Origin: a virus
Taxonomy: Duplodnaviria; Caudoviricetes
DNA length: 29,511 nucleotides
Reading direction: 5' to 3' (one strand)
IMG/VR virus record: IMGVR_UViG_3300038393_002521
Coordinates: 1 to 29,511 of that record
Made by a program: the position numbers and the translations under genes. The notes beneath the pieces were generated by a model, which searched no databases, was not told the DNA's origin, and worked only from the letters and a program-made list of their open reading frames with translations. Below are positions 7,553 through 15,576 of the stretch, in pieces (position 1 is the first letter of the stretch; the number at the start of each line of letters is the position of its first letter).

Positions 7553-7751
7553 TGACCGTCTGCCGTTTGACCCGTTTCGGGCGCTTGGCGCGATAGTCCA
7601 TCTCACGGATGATCTTCTCGAGCCTGAGGCTGTCGCGGTCGTCGAGGCGTTCCCGACGGCTCTTAGCGTCGAGCTCGTGGAATTCGCGCTCGAGGCGCCG
7701 CTGCGAGATGTGGCCGCCGGCCCGGCGAACGGTCACCTCGAGCTTTCCCAC
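7545..7751 (-). CDS. Small basic hypothetical protein
   Basis: 68-aa charged ORF overlapping the DUF1643 start. Its GTG start lies in an att arm repeat. Confidence 0.55.
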   Translation of the reverse strand: MGKLEVTVRRAGGHISQRRLEREFHELDAKSRRERLDDRDSLRLEKIIREMDYRAKRPKRVKRQTVNA

Positions 7752-7950
7752 ACGGGGGCTAAGCCATTGATATGCAATGGCACGAACGAAGCGGGAAAAT
7801 GGGGAATGGGCGCTGAAACTAAAGCGAAAAATCGGTCCACGGCGAAAACACGGGTTCGAGTCCCGTTGGGGTCACCAGTGGCGGAAAACCGCCGTTTTCT
7901 AGCCCTTCGCATTGCCGCTCTTTCCCACATTCGGGGTCGGTTTTCCCACA
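7744..7950. mobile_element. attP: 40-bp core (7838-7877, 3' half of a tRNA-Glu) flanked by TTTCCCACA arm repeats
   Basis: CAC-GGCGA-AAAC-ACGGG-TTCGAGT-CCCGT-TGGGGTC-A-CCA is a tRNA from the anticodon loop to CCA, with no 5' half. TTTCCCACA occurs at 7744, 7921 and 7942. The site is adjacent to the integrase 3' end. Confidence 0.85.
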
Positions 7951-8972
7951 AGGCCCTCGATCCTGCCCGCAATCACCGCCGCCGCGGCGCGTTCTGCGAG
8001 CATCCATCGCCGGGCTTCCTTGGCGTAGTGACGGACGGTCTCGGCGGTCTTGCCGACGATCGCGCCGATCGTCTCGTCGCTGAGGTCCAGCTCGGTGAGG
8101 TAGCAGCAGGCGTTCTTGCTGAGGCCATGGTAGGTGTAGAGGGCCTGGCCGCGCTCATCGACATGGCCGAGGCTGCGCATCAGCCGCCTGAGGCGCGCCT
8201 GGATGCGGTCTGTGTCGCGGAACGGCTTGCCGCTGCGGTCGTAGAGCAGGGTCACCGACTTGCGCGGCATGGCGGCGATTTCCGCGACCCACAGCGGGTG
8301 CATCGGGATCACCGCGCCGGTGTCGGTCTTCTTGCTCCTCAGGCGCATGATGCGGCCGTCGTGCCAGCCATGCTGCATCAGGATCGCATCGCTGATCCGC
8401 TGGCCCGAGCAGAGGCCCGTGATGATCGCGAGACGAAGCATCGGTTCGGCTTTCTCGAGCGCTTCGCGAAGCACATGCCCCGGCCAGGGCGCATGCTCGC
8501 CGGTCTCGAGCAGTGGGATGCCGGCGGCCGGGTTGCTGGCGATCCAGCCCCGCTCAGCGCCGAACTCCAGCAGCGCCTTGAACTTCGACATGTAATTGTT
8601 CGACTTGCCCGGATTGTCGGCCATCGAGTCGCGGATCGTGTAGCAGTGCGAGCGCTCGAGGTCGCGCACCTGGCGGTGGCCGTGCTGCGCTCCGATGAGA
8701 TCGAGATAATAGGCCCATGCACCGCGCGTCGTCGCTGCCATCGGGCGCTTGGCGAGGACAGGTCGCATTTCCGCGATGAGGGCCGCCACCGTGCCGGTCT
8801 CGGGCCTGGCGCGCGGCACGACCTTGCCGTTGACGCGGGCGAGCTCGGCAGCGAATCGGGGGTCTGAGGGATCCGGCAGCTTGACGTACTGGTCGCCCCA
8901 GCGGCCATCAGGCAGGCGGACGCGGAAGCGGCGATAGGTCGATCCACCCTTCTGGCAGACGCCCGGTATCAT
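7899..8972 (-). CDS. int: Tyrosine recombinase / phage integrase
   Basis: GQRISD (Arg I), KKT, YHGLSKN, VGKT and TVRHY (Tyr). ATG 8972 overlaps the upstream stop (alternative start 8984). Lies next to attP. Confidence 0.9.
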   Translation of the reverse strand: MIPGVCQKGGSTYRRFRVRLPDGRWGDQYVKLPDPSDPRFAAELARVNGKVVPRARPETGTVAALIAEMRPVLAKRPMAATTRGAWAYYLDLIGAQHGHRQVRDLERSHCYTIRDSMADNPGKSNNYMSKFKALLEFGAERGWIASNPAAGIPLLETGEHAPWPGHVLREALEKAEPMLRLAIITGLCSGQRISDAILMQHGWHDGRIMRLRSKKTDTGAVIPMHPLWVAEIAAMPRKSVTLLYDRSGKPFRDTDRIQARLRRLMRSLGHVDERGQALYTYHGLSKNACCYLTELDLSDETIGAIVGKTAETVRHYAKEARRWMLAERAAAAVIAGRIEGLVGKPTPNVGKSGNAKG

Positions 8973-9229
8973 AAGTCGTCCCATGAATTGCGCGTTGCGC
9001 CCGTCGGCGCCGAAGCGTCAACCGGAAGACCGAACTGAGCGGCAATAAACATGTCGAGCTGCTGGCGGCTCCACAGCTTGCGCCCGCCCTCGTGGACGGG
9101 CTGCGGATATTGCCCTGCCTTCACACGATCGCGGAACGTCGTCACGCCGATGCCGAGATAGTCGGCGGCCATGTCGTCATCCATCCGCGCCGGCCAGTCC
9201 GGCATGCGGGCGATTCGCTCAGGCTTCAT
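8969..9229 (-). CDS. Excisionase / AlpA-like HTH protein
   Basis: AADYLGIGVTTFRDRVKAGQYPQP...KLWSRQQLD, directly upstream of the integrase. Confidence 0.85.
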   Translation of the reverse strand: MKPERIARMPDWPARMDDDMAADYLGIGVTTFRDRVKAGQYPQPVHEGGRKLWSRQQLDMFIAAQFGLPVDASAPTGATRNSWDDL

Positions 9230-9411
9230 TTGCGCATCTCGGCGCGCAGGGCGATGAGCTCGCGGCTGAGCGAGCAATTCAGGGTCGACGAGGATTCGCA
9301 CGATCGGATCACGCACTGGATGATTTCGGCGTCACGAAAGCGGCCTTCCGCCTTCAGTCGGTCGCGCAGCGCACGGGCATCGCCGCAGACCTTATCCAGG
9401 CGCTTGCTCAT
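9226..9411 (-). CDS. Hypothetical protein
   Basis: ATGA coupling at both ends. 61 aa, helical. Confidence 0.7.
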   Translation of the reverse strand: MSKRLDKVCGDARALRDRLKAEGRFRDAEIIQCVIRSCESSSTLNCSLSRELIALRAEMRK

Positions 9412-9647
9412 GCGAAGGCCATCATGCGCTTGATGCGCCCGCCGCCGCGCCCGAAGCTGCGGATTGACGGTGCTTCGAGGCTCTCGGGGACGTCGAGCGG
9501 CAGCGCAGTGGCGCAGAACGCGCATTCCGCAGTCACCCGCCCCACGATCCAGTGGGTACGGCCGCAGCCTGGGCAGCGGTTGGTCTCGTTCTCGCGATAG
9601 ATCGCGTAGTTGCCGCGGGCATGCGGATTGAAGCGGCGGGCGGTCAC
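9408..9647 (-). CDS. Zinc-ribbon hypothetical protein
   Basis: CPGCGRTHWIVGRVTAECAFC. GTG start at 9647 overlapping the upstream stop. Confidence 0.75.
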   Translation of the reverse strand: MTARRFNPHARGNYAIYRENETNRCPGCGRTHWIVGRVTAECAFCATALPLDVPESLEAPSIRSFGRGGGRIKRMMAFA

Positions 9648-9955
9648 AGGAACAGCACCTTGATCAGCCAACCGGTGCAAAAGAGTACGATGGGCTGAAG
9701 AGCCAGCAATCCCAAGCGGCCAAGCACATCGTCTAGTTTTTCCTGCCTCAGTGGCAGGTTGCCGACAGTGATGGTCACCAATAATCCGATGCCAATGGCC
9801 TGAGCGATGCCGATGCCGGGCAATCCGAGCGGCTCGGCGTACCAATGCCATAACATCGCCATAGCAACGCCGCGGAGCATCATTATGATAGCGAGCACCA
9901 CTGCGAAGAATACGATCAGCGCGAGCATTCGCATTGTCCTGCTGTTGGCCGTCAT
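9644..9955 (-). CDS. Membrane protein (about 3 TM)
   Basis: Hydrophobic segments, LWHWY-PLGLP-I-IAQAIG motif, and a GGAG RBS before ATG 9955. Confidence 0.75.
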   Translation of the reverse strand: MTANSRTMRMLALIVFFAVVLAIIMMLRGVAMAMLWHWYAEPLGLPGIGIAQAIGIGLLVTITVGNLPLRQEKLDDVLGRLGLLALQPIVLFCTGWLIKVLFL

Positions 9956-10188
9956 TTCGATTGCTCCTTCTGACGACCGCGCACCTCGGCGGCCTGCTTG
10001 AACCAGTCTCGCTCGGCCTGCGTCGTCGACAATTGCCGCTTCAGCCGATTGTTCTCCTCGAGCGCGCCACGACGTAGAGCGCGCGTCGCCCAATGGGCTT
10101 GCTGCTCACGCCGAAGCGCGATCGCCAAGGACGCAGCGATGATCACCGAGGCTAGGGCGATCATCAAACAGGCGGCGACCTGGCTCAC
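9952..10188 (-). CDS. Membrane-anchored coiled-coil protein
   Basis: N-terminal TM followed by a heptad-like region. GTGA coupling to dnaN. Confidence 0.7.
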   Translation of the reverse strand: MSQVAACLMIALASVIIAASLAIALRREQQAHWATRALRRGALEENNRLKRQLSTTQAERDWFKQAAEVRGRQKEQSK

Positions 10189-11336
10189 ACGCGCATCGGC
10201 ATCAGAACGGCGAGGAAATCCTCGTCATTGTCGAACTTGAAGGTGATTGGCTGAGCTGGGTCCGCCCCGAAGCCAATCGTCACGCCCGTTTTCGGATGCG
10301 TGTCCAATATCTCGGTCGCGTATCTTGCGTTGAAACCAATCGACTGTGGAACGCGATCAGCGACCTTCCCTGCAAACGTCTGGCTAAATCTGAAACCTTC
10401 TGGGGACGAAAATCTAATCGTCGAGGCGCGCGGATCTAAAACGGCACCTTTTATGGACTCGCCGCCGAGCTTCCTGATTGTCTTCAGGGGTCCAGAGAGA
10501 TCGTCCGATTGCAGAGAAAGTTCGCCTACCGAAGCGTCCGGCAAAATGCGCGTGTAATCAGGATAGGTGCCATCGATGAATTTCGTCTCGAGGAGCCATT
10601 TGCCAACGGAAAAGCAGCCGTGGAGTTTAGCAATTTCGATGAGTACGTCCGATCTGGACGAGTCGCCTGCCAGGATCGCCAATAGGCACCTAATGCCTCG
10701 CGTTCTGAAGATGACCTGCGGCATCTCTCCGTCCACCGTGAGCAGTGGGGAATGAGCCAAGTGAAGCCGATGACCGTCGGTCGCCGCCAGTTCAAGGCGA
10801 CCGTCGACCATCTTCATCGAAATGCCGTTCAAATAGTAACGGGTTTCCTCATACGAGATCGCAGGCTGACATAATTTCAGCGCTCTCATCAGAGCATCCG
10901 CTGGTGCCTCCAGGATCACATCTGGGTCTGGTCGGCGGAATGCTGGGAAATCGTCTGTCGGGAGCGAGAATATCTCGAATTCGCCAGCTTTTCCGCGAAT
11001 GAATAACTTGTCGTCAGTGGCAAAAAAGCCTAGCTCTTCTTTGCCGAACGCATTGACTGCAGCCTGCAGCGCACGATGTTCCACGAGCGAAGAAAAAGCA
11101 GGCGACCCGCAAGGCAGCACGCATGTAAGTCTGTGATCGAGATCGGTCCCGACAACCGTCAGCGTTTTTCCATTCGCCGTGAGCAACACGTTTTCCAGAG
11201 CAGGTATTGAGGCCCTTCCCTCGACCACACCCCCAAAAATAGCCAGCACTTGGCCGAGTCGCTCGCCCGTTAGGGCTGGCGACTCGGCGGCTGGGGAGGG
11301 GGTCTCTTCTATGACGGCTGCGGCGGTCTTCGGCAT
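10185..11336 (-). CDS. dnaN: DNA polymerase III beta sliding clamp
   Basis: IPALENVLL, GTDLD, DDFP, AISYEETRYYLNGI, ATDGHRL, IDGTYPDY, IGFNARY and C-terminal VLMPMRV. 383 aa. Confidence 0.93.
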   Translation of the reverse strand: MPKTAAAVIEETPSPAAESPALTGERLGQVLAIFGGVVEGRASIPALENVLLTANGKTLTVVGTDLDHRLTCVLPCGSPAFSSLVEHRALQAAVNAFGKEELGFFATDDKLFIRGKAGEFEIFSLPTDDFPAFRRPDPDVILEAPADALMRALKLCQPAISYEETRYYLNGISMKMVDGRLELAATDGHRLHLAHSPLLTVDGEMPQVIFRTRGIRCLLAILAGDSSRSDVLIEIAKLHGCFSVGKWLLETKFIDGTYPDYTRILPDASVGELSLQSDDLSGPLKTIRKLGGESIKGAVLDPRASTIRFSSPEGFRFSQTFAGKVADRVPQSIGFNARYATEILDTHPKTGVTIGFGADPAQPITFKFDNDEDFLAVLMPMRV

Positions 11337-11369
11337 GGCAAGCTCCCGGCTCTGGAGTCGTGCGTTGAG

Positions 11370-11394
11370 TGCCGAAAATCGGTAGCGCTGTCAA
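11370..11394 (-). promoter_or_regulatory. Leftward early promoter (PL-like) with operator
   Basis: TTGACA on the minus strand (11389-11394), followed by the palindromic operator TGCCGAAAATCGGTA (11370-11384), upstream of dnaN. Confidence 0.6.
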
Positions 11395-11663
11395 ACGGAA
11401 AACGGCACCGCTCCAGCGCGACTCGTCTCGCAGGCGCGAGCCACGCCGATCATGATCGGTCAATGGGCAGCCCGGGTTAAAATACCGCTTGATTTACTTT
11501 CGTTAATCGCAATCGTCGGCAGATTGGGCCGGAACGGGCCGACTCGCTGAGGCTCGGCGGCGGGTCAACGTCCCTGCTCGGGGTAACTTTTGGCTGAGTA
11601 GGGGACCGATGCCACAACGGATCACTGACGGGCAGTCAGACTGCCTATGCTATGCGACGACCT

Positions 11664-12110
11664 TCATTGCACAGAGGCTGCTGGTCGAACCTCCCGACGG
11701 ATCGCCTTTCGGGCAAGAAAAAATGCCCCTGCCATCTCGATATTGTCGCGCACCTGAGGATCAGCTGCGTATCGCAAGAATGCTTCGACGTCTTGCACGA
11801 TGTCCTCGATGTGATCCGGATCCGGAGATCCTCCAGGAGCGAGTTCCTGAAGCACATATTGCACGGCCAGCGCTAAGATTGGTTTCGTCACGATAGACTC
11901 GATCAGCGCGGACGGATCCTCGAACCCGTATTTCTCGACGAGTACGCACGCTTCATCGTGAGACAGCTTGCGCTTGCCGGACAGCAACGGCGCCATCCGC
12001 TGCGGGCTGAGCTTCAGCACGCGAGCAATCTCCTGCTTCTCCAGTTTCCCCTCGGCGATCATCGCTTTGAGGCGGCGCAAAATCTCGTCGGTGTCGATCA
12101 TCGGTAGCAT
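11664..12110 (-). CDS. CI-like XRE HTH repressor
   Basis: KQEIARVLKLSPQRMAPLLSGKRKLSHDEA HTH, a GGAGGT RBS, and divergent orientation from a cro-like gene. No S24 peptidase domain is visible. Confidence 0.8.
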   Translation of the reverse strand: MLPMIDTDEILRRLKAMIAEGKLEKQEIARVLKLSPQRMAPLLSGKRKLSHDEACVLVEKYGFEDPSALIESIVTKPILALAVQYVLQELAPGGSPDPDHIEDIVQDVEAFLRYAADPQVRDNIEMAGAFFLARKAIRREVRPAASVQ

Positions 12111-12186
12111 ATATGGATGAACCTCCACCCAAAGGCGAAAACTATTTTCGGTAGTCTGCTTGACGCCCCGCTACCCAATATGGGAA
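12092..12186. promoter_or_regulatory. Divergent switch region with three operator-like sites and the rightward -35 TTGACG
   Basis: TGTCGATCATCGGTA (12092), AAACTATTTTCGGTA (12139) and TACCCAATATGGGAA (12172). TTGACG at 12160-12165. Confidence 0.6.
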
Positions 12187-12195
12187 GTGAGTGCA

Positions 12196-12420
12196 ATGCA
12201 GCCAGTCCGCGCCATCATCGCTCAGCTCGGCGGCGTCGACGCCGTCGTCGAGGCCTATCCGACCGCCATCACCCATGGTTCAGTGCAGCGATGGGTCGAT
12301 CACAACTATGTCCCCGAGCACCGCCACCAGGGACTCATTGCGGCGGCGAAGAAACTAGGTAAGTCACTGAAAGAAGAAGACTTTCCGCCGGAGGATCAAA
12401 GCCTCCGGATCGTTGGCTGA
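12196..12420 (+). CDS. Cro-like HTH protein
   Basis: IIAQLGGVDAV...SVQRWVDHNYVP...LIAAA..L-EEDF. Small protein divergent from the repressor. Confidence 0.8.
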   Translation: MQPVRAIIAQLGGVDAVVEAYPTAITHGSVQRWVDHNYVPEHRHQGLIAAAKKLGKSLKEEDFPPEDQSLRIVG

Positions 12421-12632
12421 TGCCCGCCGGCACGCACTTCGCGATGCGCCTCGTCATCATGTTCGCGGCTGGCTTCGTCGGCTCCGCGATTGTCGTTGAG
12501 ACGGCGAAACGGGCCCGGGAAAATTATTTCATTACAGGCGTTTCATTCCGGGATTCCCGATATGGGACAGTCACTTTTTTATCCCGCCGACTCGGACGAA
12601 CGCGACTCGAGTCGCTGGCCGGGCTTCAGTGA
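12420..12632 (+). CDS. Hypothetical protein with one TM segment
   Basis: TGATG and GTGA coupling at its ends, but it overlaps a probable regulatory AT-rich patch. Confidence 0.45.
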   Translation: MPAGTHFAMRLVIMFAAGFVGSAIVVETAKRARENYFITGVSFRDSRYGTVTFLSRRLGRTRLESLAGLQ

Positions 12633-14200
12633 GCGTCGAGATACTTATTGGCGACGCGCTCGAGCAGCTGCGCACCCTCCCCGATGCCTCGATCGACATG
12701 TGCGTCACCTCGCCGCCCTATTGGGGGCTGCGGGATTACGGCGTCGAGGGCCAGCTCGGGCTCGAGCCCACGCTAGGCGAGCACATCGCCGCCCTGGTCG
12801 AGATATTCGAGGAGGTTCGGCGCGTTCTCAAGCCCACTGGCTCGTTCTGGCTCAATTACGGCGACTGCTACGCGACTTCCCCCAACGGACGCTCCGCAGC
12901 CGACACCAAGGACCTCGGCCAGGACGACCGCACCTTCCGTGACAAGCCCTTCTCAACCGTCGGCCCGATCTACGGCGCCGAGGGCGGCTCTGATCGCCCG
13001 GGCAAGCCGGCGAATGGCACGAAACGACGCGGCGGTGGCAACAATCCGTCCGGGCCCATCGCCCGCCTCGAGATCGACGATTCTCCGCGCAACCGCAGCA
13101 GGCGCGGCCGGAGCGGCAACCTCGGCAACGGTGGACTCAATGGCGTCGGCATCCCCGGGGCCCGCGTCGTCGGCGATGGCGGGCGATACGAGCCCGAGTA
13201 CGCCAAGACAGTCCGGGGCAAATGGAACAACGCCGACAGTCGCGTCACTAGGGTCGAACACAGCGGCAGGATCGTCGCCGGCGGTTACCTGAAGCCCAAA
13301 GACCTGTGCATGATCCCCAACCGCCTGGCGATCGCGCTCCAGGATGCCGGCTGGTGGGTGAGGAGCGAGATCGTCTGGGGCAAGCCCAACGCGATGCCCG
13401 ATTCCTCCGGCGTCTATCGCCCGTCGACCTCCCACGAGAAGATATTCCTGCTCACCCGCGAGGGAGGGGACGTCTATCGCGCTCGCGACACGGGCGAGAT
13501 CAGCTTCAGCCCGGACCTCAAGGAACGCTGCCCGCTCATCACCGATCCGAGCCGCGATGCGCCGCGATGGATCAACATCGAGACCTATTATGACGCGGTG
13601 GCGGTTCGCATGCCGCCCGCCGAGGCATCATTGCAGCGCTGGTCGCAGGATATTGAGAATCAAGCGGGCAGCACCCGCGCCAATGCCGGCGGAAAGACCA
13701 ACGGCACGATGAAGGCTGTTGGCGGTGCTAAGAAGCCGCCGAAAAAGCGCGGTGCTGCTCGGCCACACAGCGGCTTCGACCTTCGCTGGGATCACATGAC
13801 CGTCGCGGAGCAGCGCGGCAATGGTCGCCTGCTGCGCAATTACGAGCCCGATCTGTCGGCGATCGTCCCGCCCGAGGTGTGGGAGATCGCGACCGCTTCA
13901 TATTCAGGCGCCCATTTCGCAACCTTCCCGCCTGCGCTCGTCGCGCCGTGCATCATGGCCGGCTGCCCCAAGGGCGGCACGGTGCTGGATCCGTTCGGCG
14001 GGGCGGGGACGACCGCGCTCGTCGCCGAGGCGCTCGGCCGCGACTCGATCCTGATCGAGCTCAATCCCGAATCCGTCGAGCTCGCCAATCTGCGCATCCG
14101 CTCGCGCAATGCCCGGGCTCATCCGCCGTGCACCAAGACCGCGAAGCCTGGCCTCCTCGCCCTGCTCGATCATCCGCCGGTCGACGAGGTCGCGCCATGA
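12629..14200 (+). CDS. DNA methyltransferase (N4-C/N6-A, beta class) with large insertions
   Basis: VTSPPYWGLRDYG, LKPTGSFWLNYGD, LKPKDL, IVWGKPN, HFATFP and VLDPFGGAGTT. Confidence 0.93.
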   Translation: MSVEILIGDALEQLRTLPDASIDMCVTSPPYWGLRDYGVEGQLGLEPTLGEHIAALVEIFEEVRRVLKPTGSFWLNYGDCYATSPNGRSAADTKDLGQDDRTFRDKPFSTVGPIYGAEGGSDRPGKPANGTKRRGGGNNPSGPIARLEIDDSPRNRSRRGRSGNLGNGGLNGVGIPGARVVGDGGRYEPEYAKTVRGKWNNADSRVTRVEHSGRIVAGGYLKPKDLCMIPNRLAIALQDAGWWVRSEIVWGKPNAMPDSSGVYRPSTSHEKIFLLTREGGDVYRARDTGEISFSPDLKERCPLITDPSRDAPRWINIETYYDAVAVRMPPAEASLQRWSQDIENQAGSTRANAGGKTNGTMKAVGGAKKPPKKRGAARPHSGFDLRWDHMTVAEQRGNGRLLRNYEPDLSAIVPPEVWEIATASYSGAHFATFPPALVAPCIMAGCPKGGTVLDPFGGAGTTALVAEALGRDSILIELNPESVELANLRIRSRNARAHPPCTKTAKPGLLALLDHPPVDEVAP

Positions 14201-14511
14201 CCTACCACGGCAGTCTCGACTATTGCGAGTGGAACGGAGCGCGCATCACGATGCTGTGCGAGCGGCTCGGCGAGGGAAGCAGCTTCGCCGTAGTCGCAAG
14301 CGCGCTCGGCGTCACGCGCGGCGTCATCTCCGGCAAGTTCGATCGACTGAAGAGCGAATTTGCCGGACGCATGAGCAAGGCCGGGTTCTGCGAGCGCCTC
14401 TCTGAAGGCGCCGAGCTTGAGGACATCGCTGAGGAAGCCGGCGTCAGCTTCGGCGCCGCGGAAGCCATGCTCGCCCAGGTCCGACGGGATCTCGGGCCGC
14501 AGGCGAGGTGA
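14197..14511 (+). CDS. GcrA N-terminal-domain-like protein
   Basis: [40 protein letters not shown] resembles GcrA W-ER-L-L-G-SA-IA-LG-TRNAVIGK-HRL. It is followed by a short HTH-like segment. Confidence 0.65.
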   Translation: MTYHGSLDYCEWNGARITMLCERLGEGSSFAVVASALGVTRGVISGKFDRLKSEFAGRMSKAGFCERLSEGAELEDIAEEAGVSFGAAEAMLAQVRRDLGPQAR

Positions 14512-14521
14512 GGAGGACGAC

Positions 14522-15019
14522 ATGGTGAACGGTGTTTTTGCAGCCGACCAGCTCAAGCTGTTCGTCGAGCGCATCGAGCGGCTCGAGGAAGAGAAAAAGA
14601 ACATCGGCGAGGATATCCGCGACGTCTTCGCCGAGGCGAAGGCGAATGGCTTCGATCCCAAGATCATGCGCAAGTGCATCACGCTGAGGAAACAGCCGTC
14701 GCAGCAGCGCGACGAAGAGGAAGCACTGCTCGATACCTACAAGCGCGCTCTTGGCCTGAAGTCGTTCGACGACACCCCACTCGGCAAGGCCGCTGCGGAA
14801 GAGGAAGAGACCCCGCCATCTGAAGAGCAGACCGAGGCGCCGCCGCAGGCCAAGCCTGGCAAGCCAGCTCGCCCGATCAGCCACTCGATGTCGACGGTTC
14901 CGCTCGGGGAGGAGCCCAAGCCCAAGCGGGGACGACCGAGGAAGGTGCGCGATCCCTCGGACGGCACGCTCGTCACGATTCCGGCAAACGAGACCCAAGC
15001 CCAGGCTGAGGTTGCCTGA
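14522..15019 (+). CDS. gapR: GapR (DUF2312) nucleoid protein with C-terminal extension and AT-hook
   Basis: [45 protein letters not shown]...[10 protein letters not shown], followed by [19 protein letters not shown]. Confidence 0.9.
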   Translation: MVNGVFAADQLKLFVERIERLEEEKKNIGEDIRDVFAEAKANGFDPKIMRKCITLRKQPSQQRDEEEALLDTYKRALGLKSFDDTPLGKAAAEEEETPPSEEQTEAPPQAKPGKPARPISHSMSTVPLGEEPKPKRGRPRKVRDPSDGTLVTIPANETQAQAEVA

Positions 15020-15576
15020 TGTACCTCGCGCTCAAGCCGGGAGCGCGGTGCGGGTGGGCCGCATGGTCGCCGAGGGATTCTCGGCCGGCCTGCGGCTCAT
15101 TCGACATGCCCGTCGATCGCGGGCTCGGCTACGCCGGCTGCCGAACGCACGCCTGGCTGCACGAACTGAATGCGGTGCATCCGTTCATCTGGCTCGCCTA
15201 CGAGCAGCCGAGCGCGCCCAGCGAAATCATCGGCGACAAGCACATGGCCGAACTCGGCATGATGATCAGCATCGCCGCGCACATCGAAAGCTACTGCGAG
15301 CATCTCAACATCAGCCATCGCAGCGTCGGCCTCGGCGCGTGGCGGCGGACGTTCCTCGGCAAGGGCGTCGGCGAGAAGACCAAGACGTTCGACGATTGGA
15401 CGCGCGCCCGGCTCGATGAATTCGGCTGGTTCCGACCCAAGCGGCGCGAGGAGAAGGACGCCTGCGGGCTCCTCGATCACCTCATCGTCCTCACCGCGCG
15501 CCACAGCCCTCCATGCCGCGCCCATGCACCCGCCAACCTCCAGATGCCCACACTCACCATCGGAGAAGAGCGGTGA
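15019..15576 (+). CDS. RuvC-like Holliday junction resolvase (degenerate)
   Basis: YLALKPG-GWA, LAYEQP, WRRTFLGKG...K and EKDACGLLD follow the phage RuvC-like layout. Confidence 0.65.
   Translation: MYLALKPGARCGWAAWSPRDSRPACGSFDMPVDRGLGYAGCRTHAWLHELNAVHPFIWLAYEQPSAPSEIIGDKHMAELGMMISIAAHIESYCEHLNISHRSVGLGAWRRTFLGKGVGEKTKTFDDWTRARLDEFGWFRPKRREEKDACGLLDHLIVLTARHSPPCRAHAPANLQMPTLTIGEER

Noticed and set aside
7838-7877. Second functional tRNA gene
   Set aside because: Only the 3' half is present, with no D-arm or 5' acceptor strand upstream. It is interpreted as the att core.
7482-8867. 461-aa plus-strand ORF
   Set aside because: It is an antisense shadow of the integrase in high-GC DNA, crosses attP, and has no recognisable motifs.
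11446-11459. Perfect 14-bp palindrome CCGATCATGATCGG
   Set aside because: It is a single copy with no U-tail and does not fit the operator consensus, so no function can be supported.
11474-11508. CtrA binding site
   Set aside because: Two TTAA half-site-like words are present, but there is no TTAA-N7-TTAA arrangement.
12629-14200. CcrM orthologue or restriction-modification system
   Set aside because: It has SPPY and the generic phage MTase pattern rather than CcrM DPPY, and no cognate restriction enzyme is evident.
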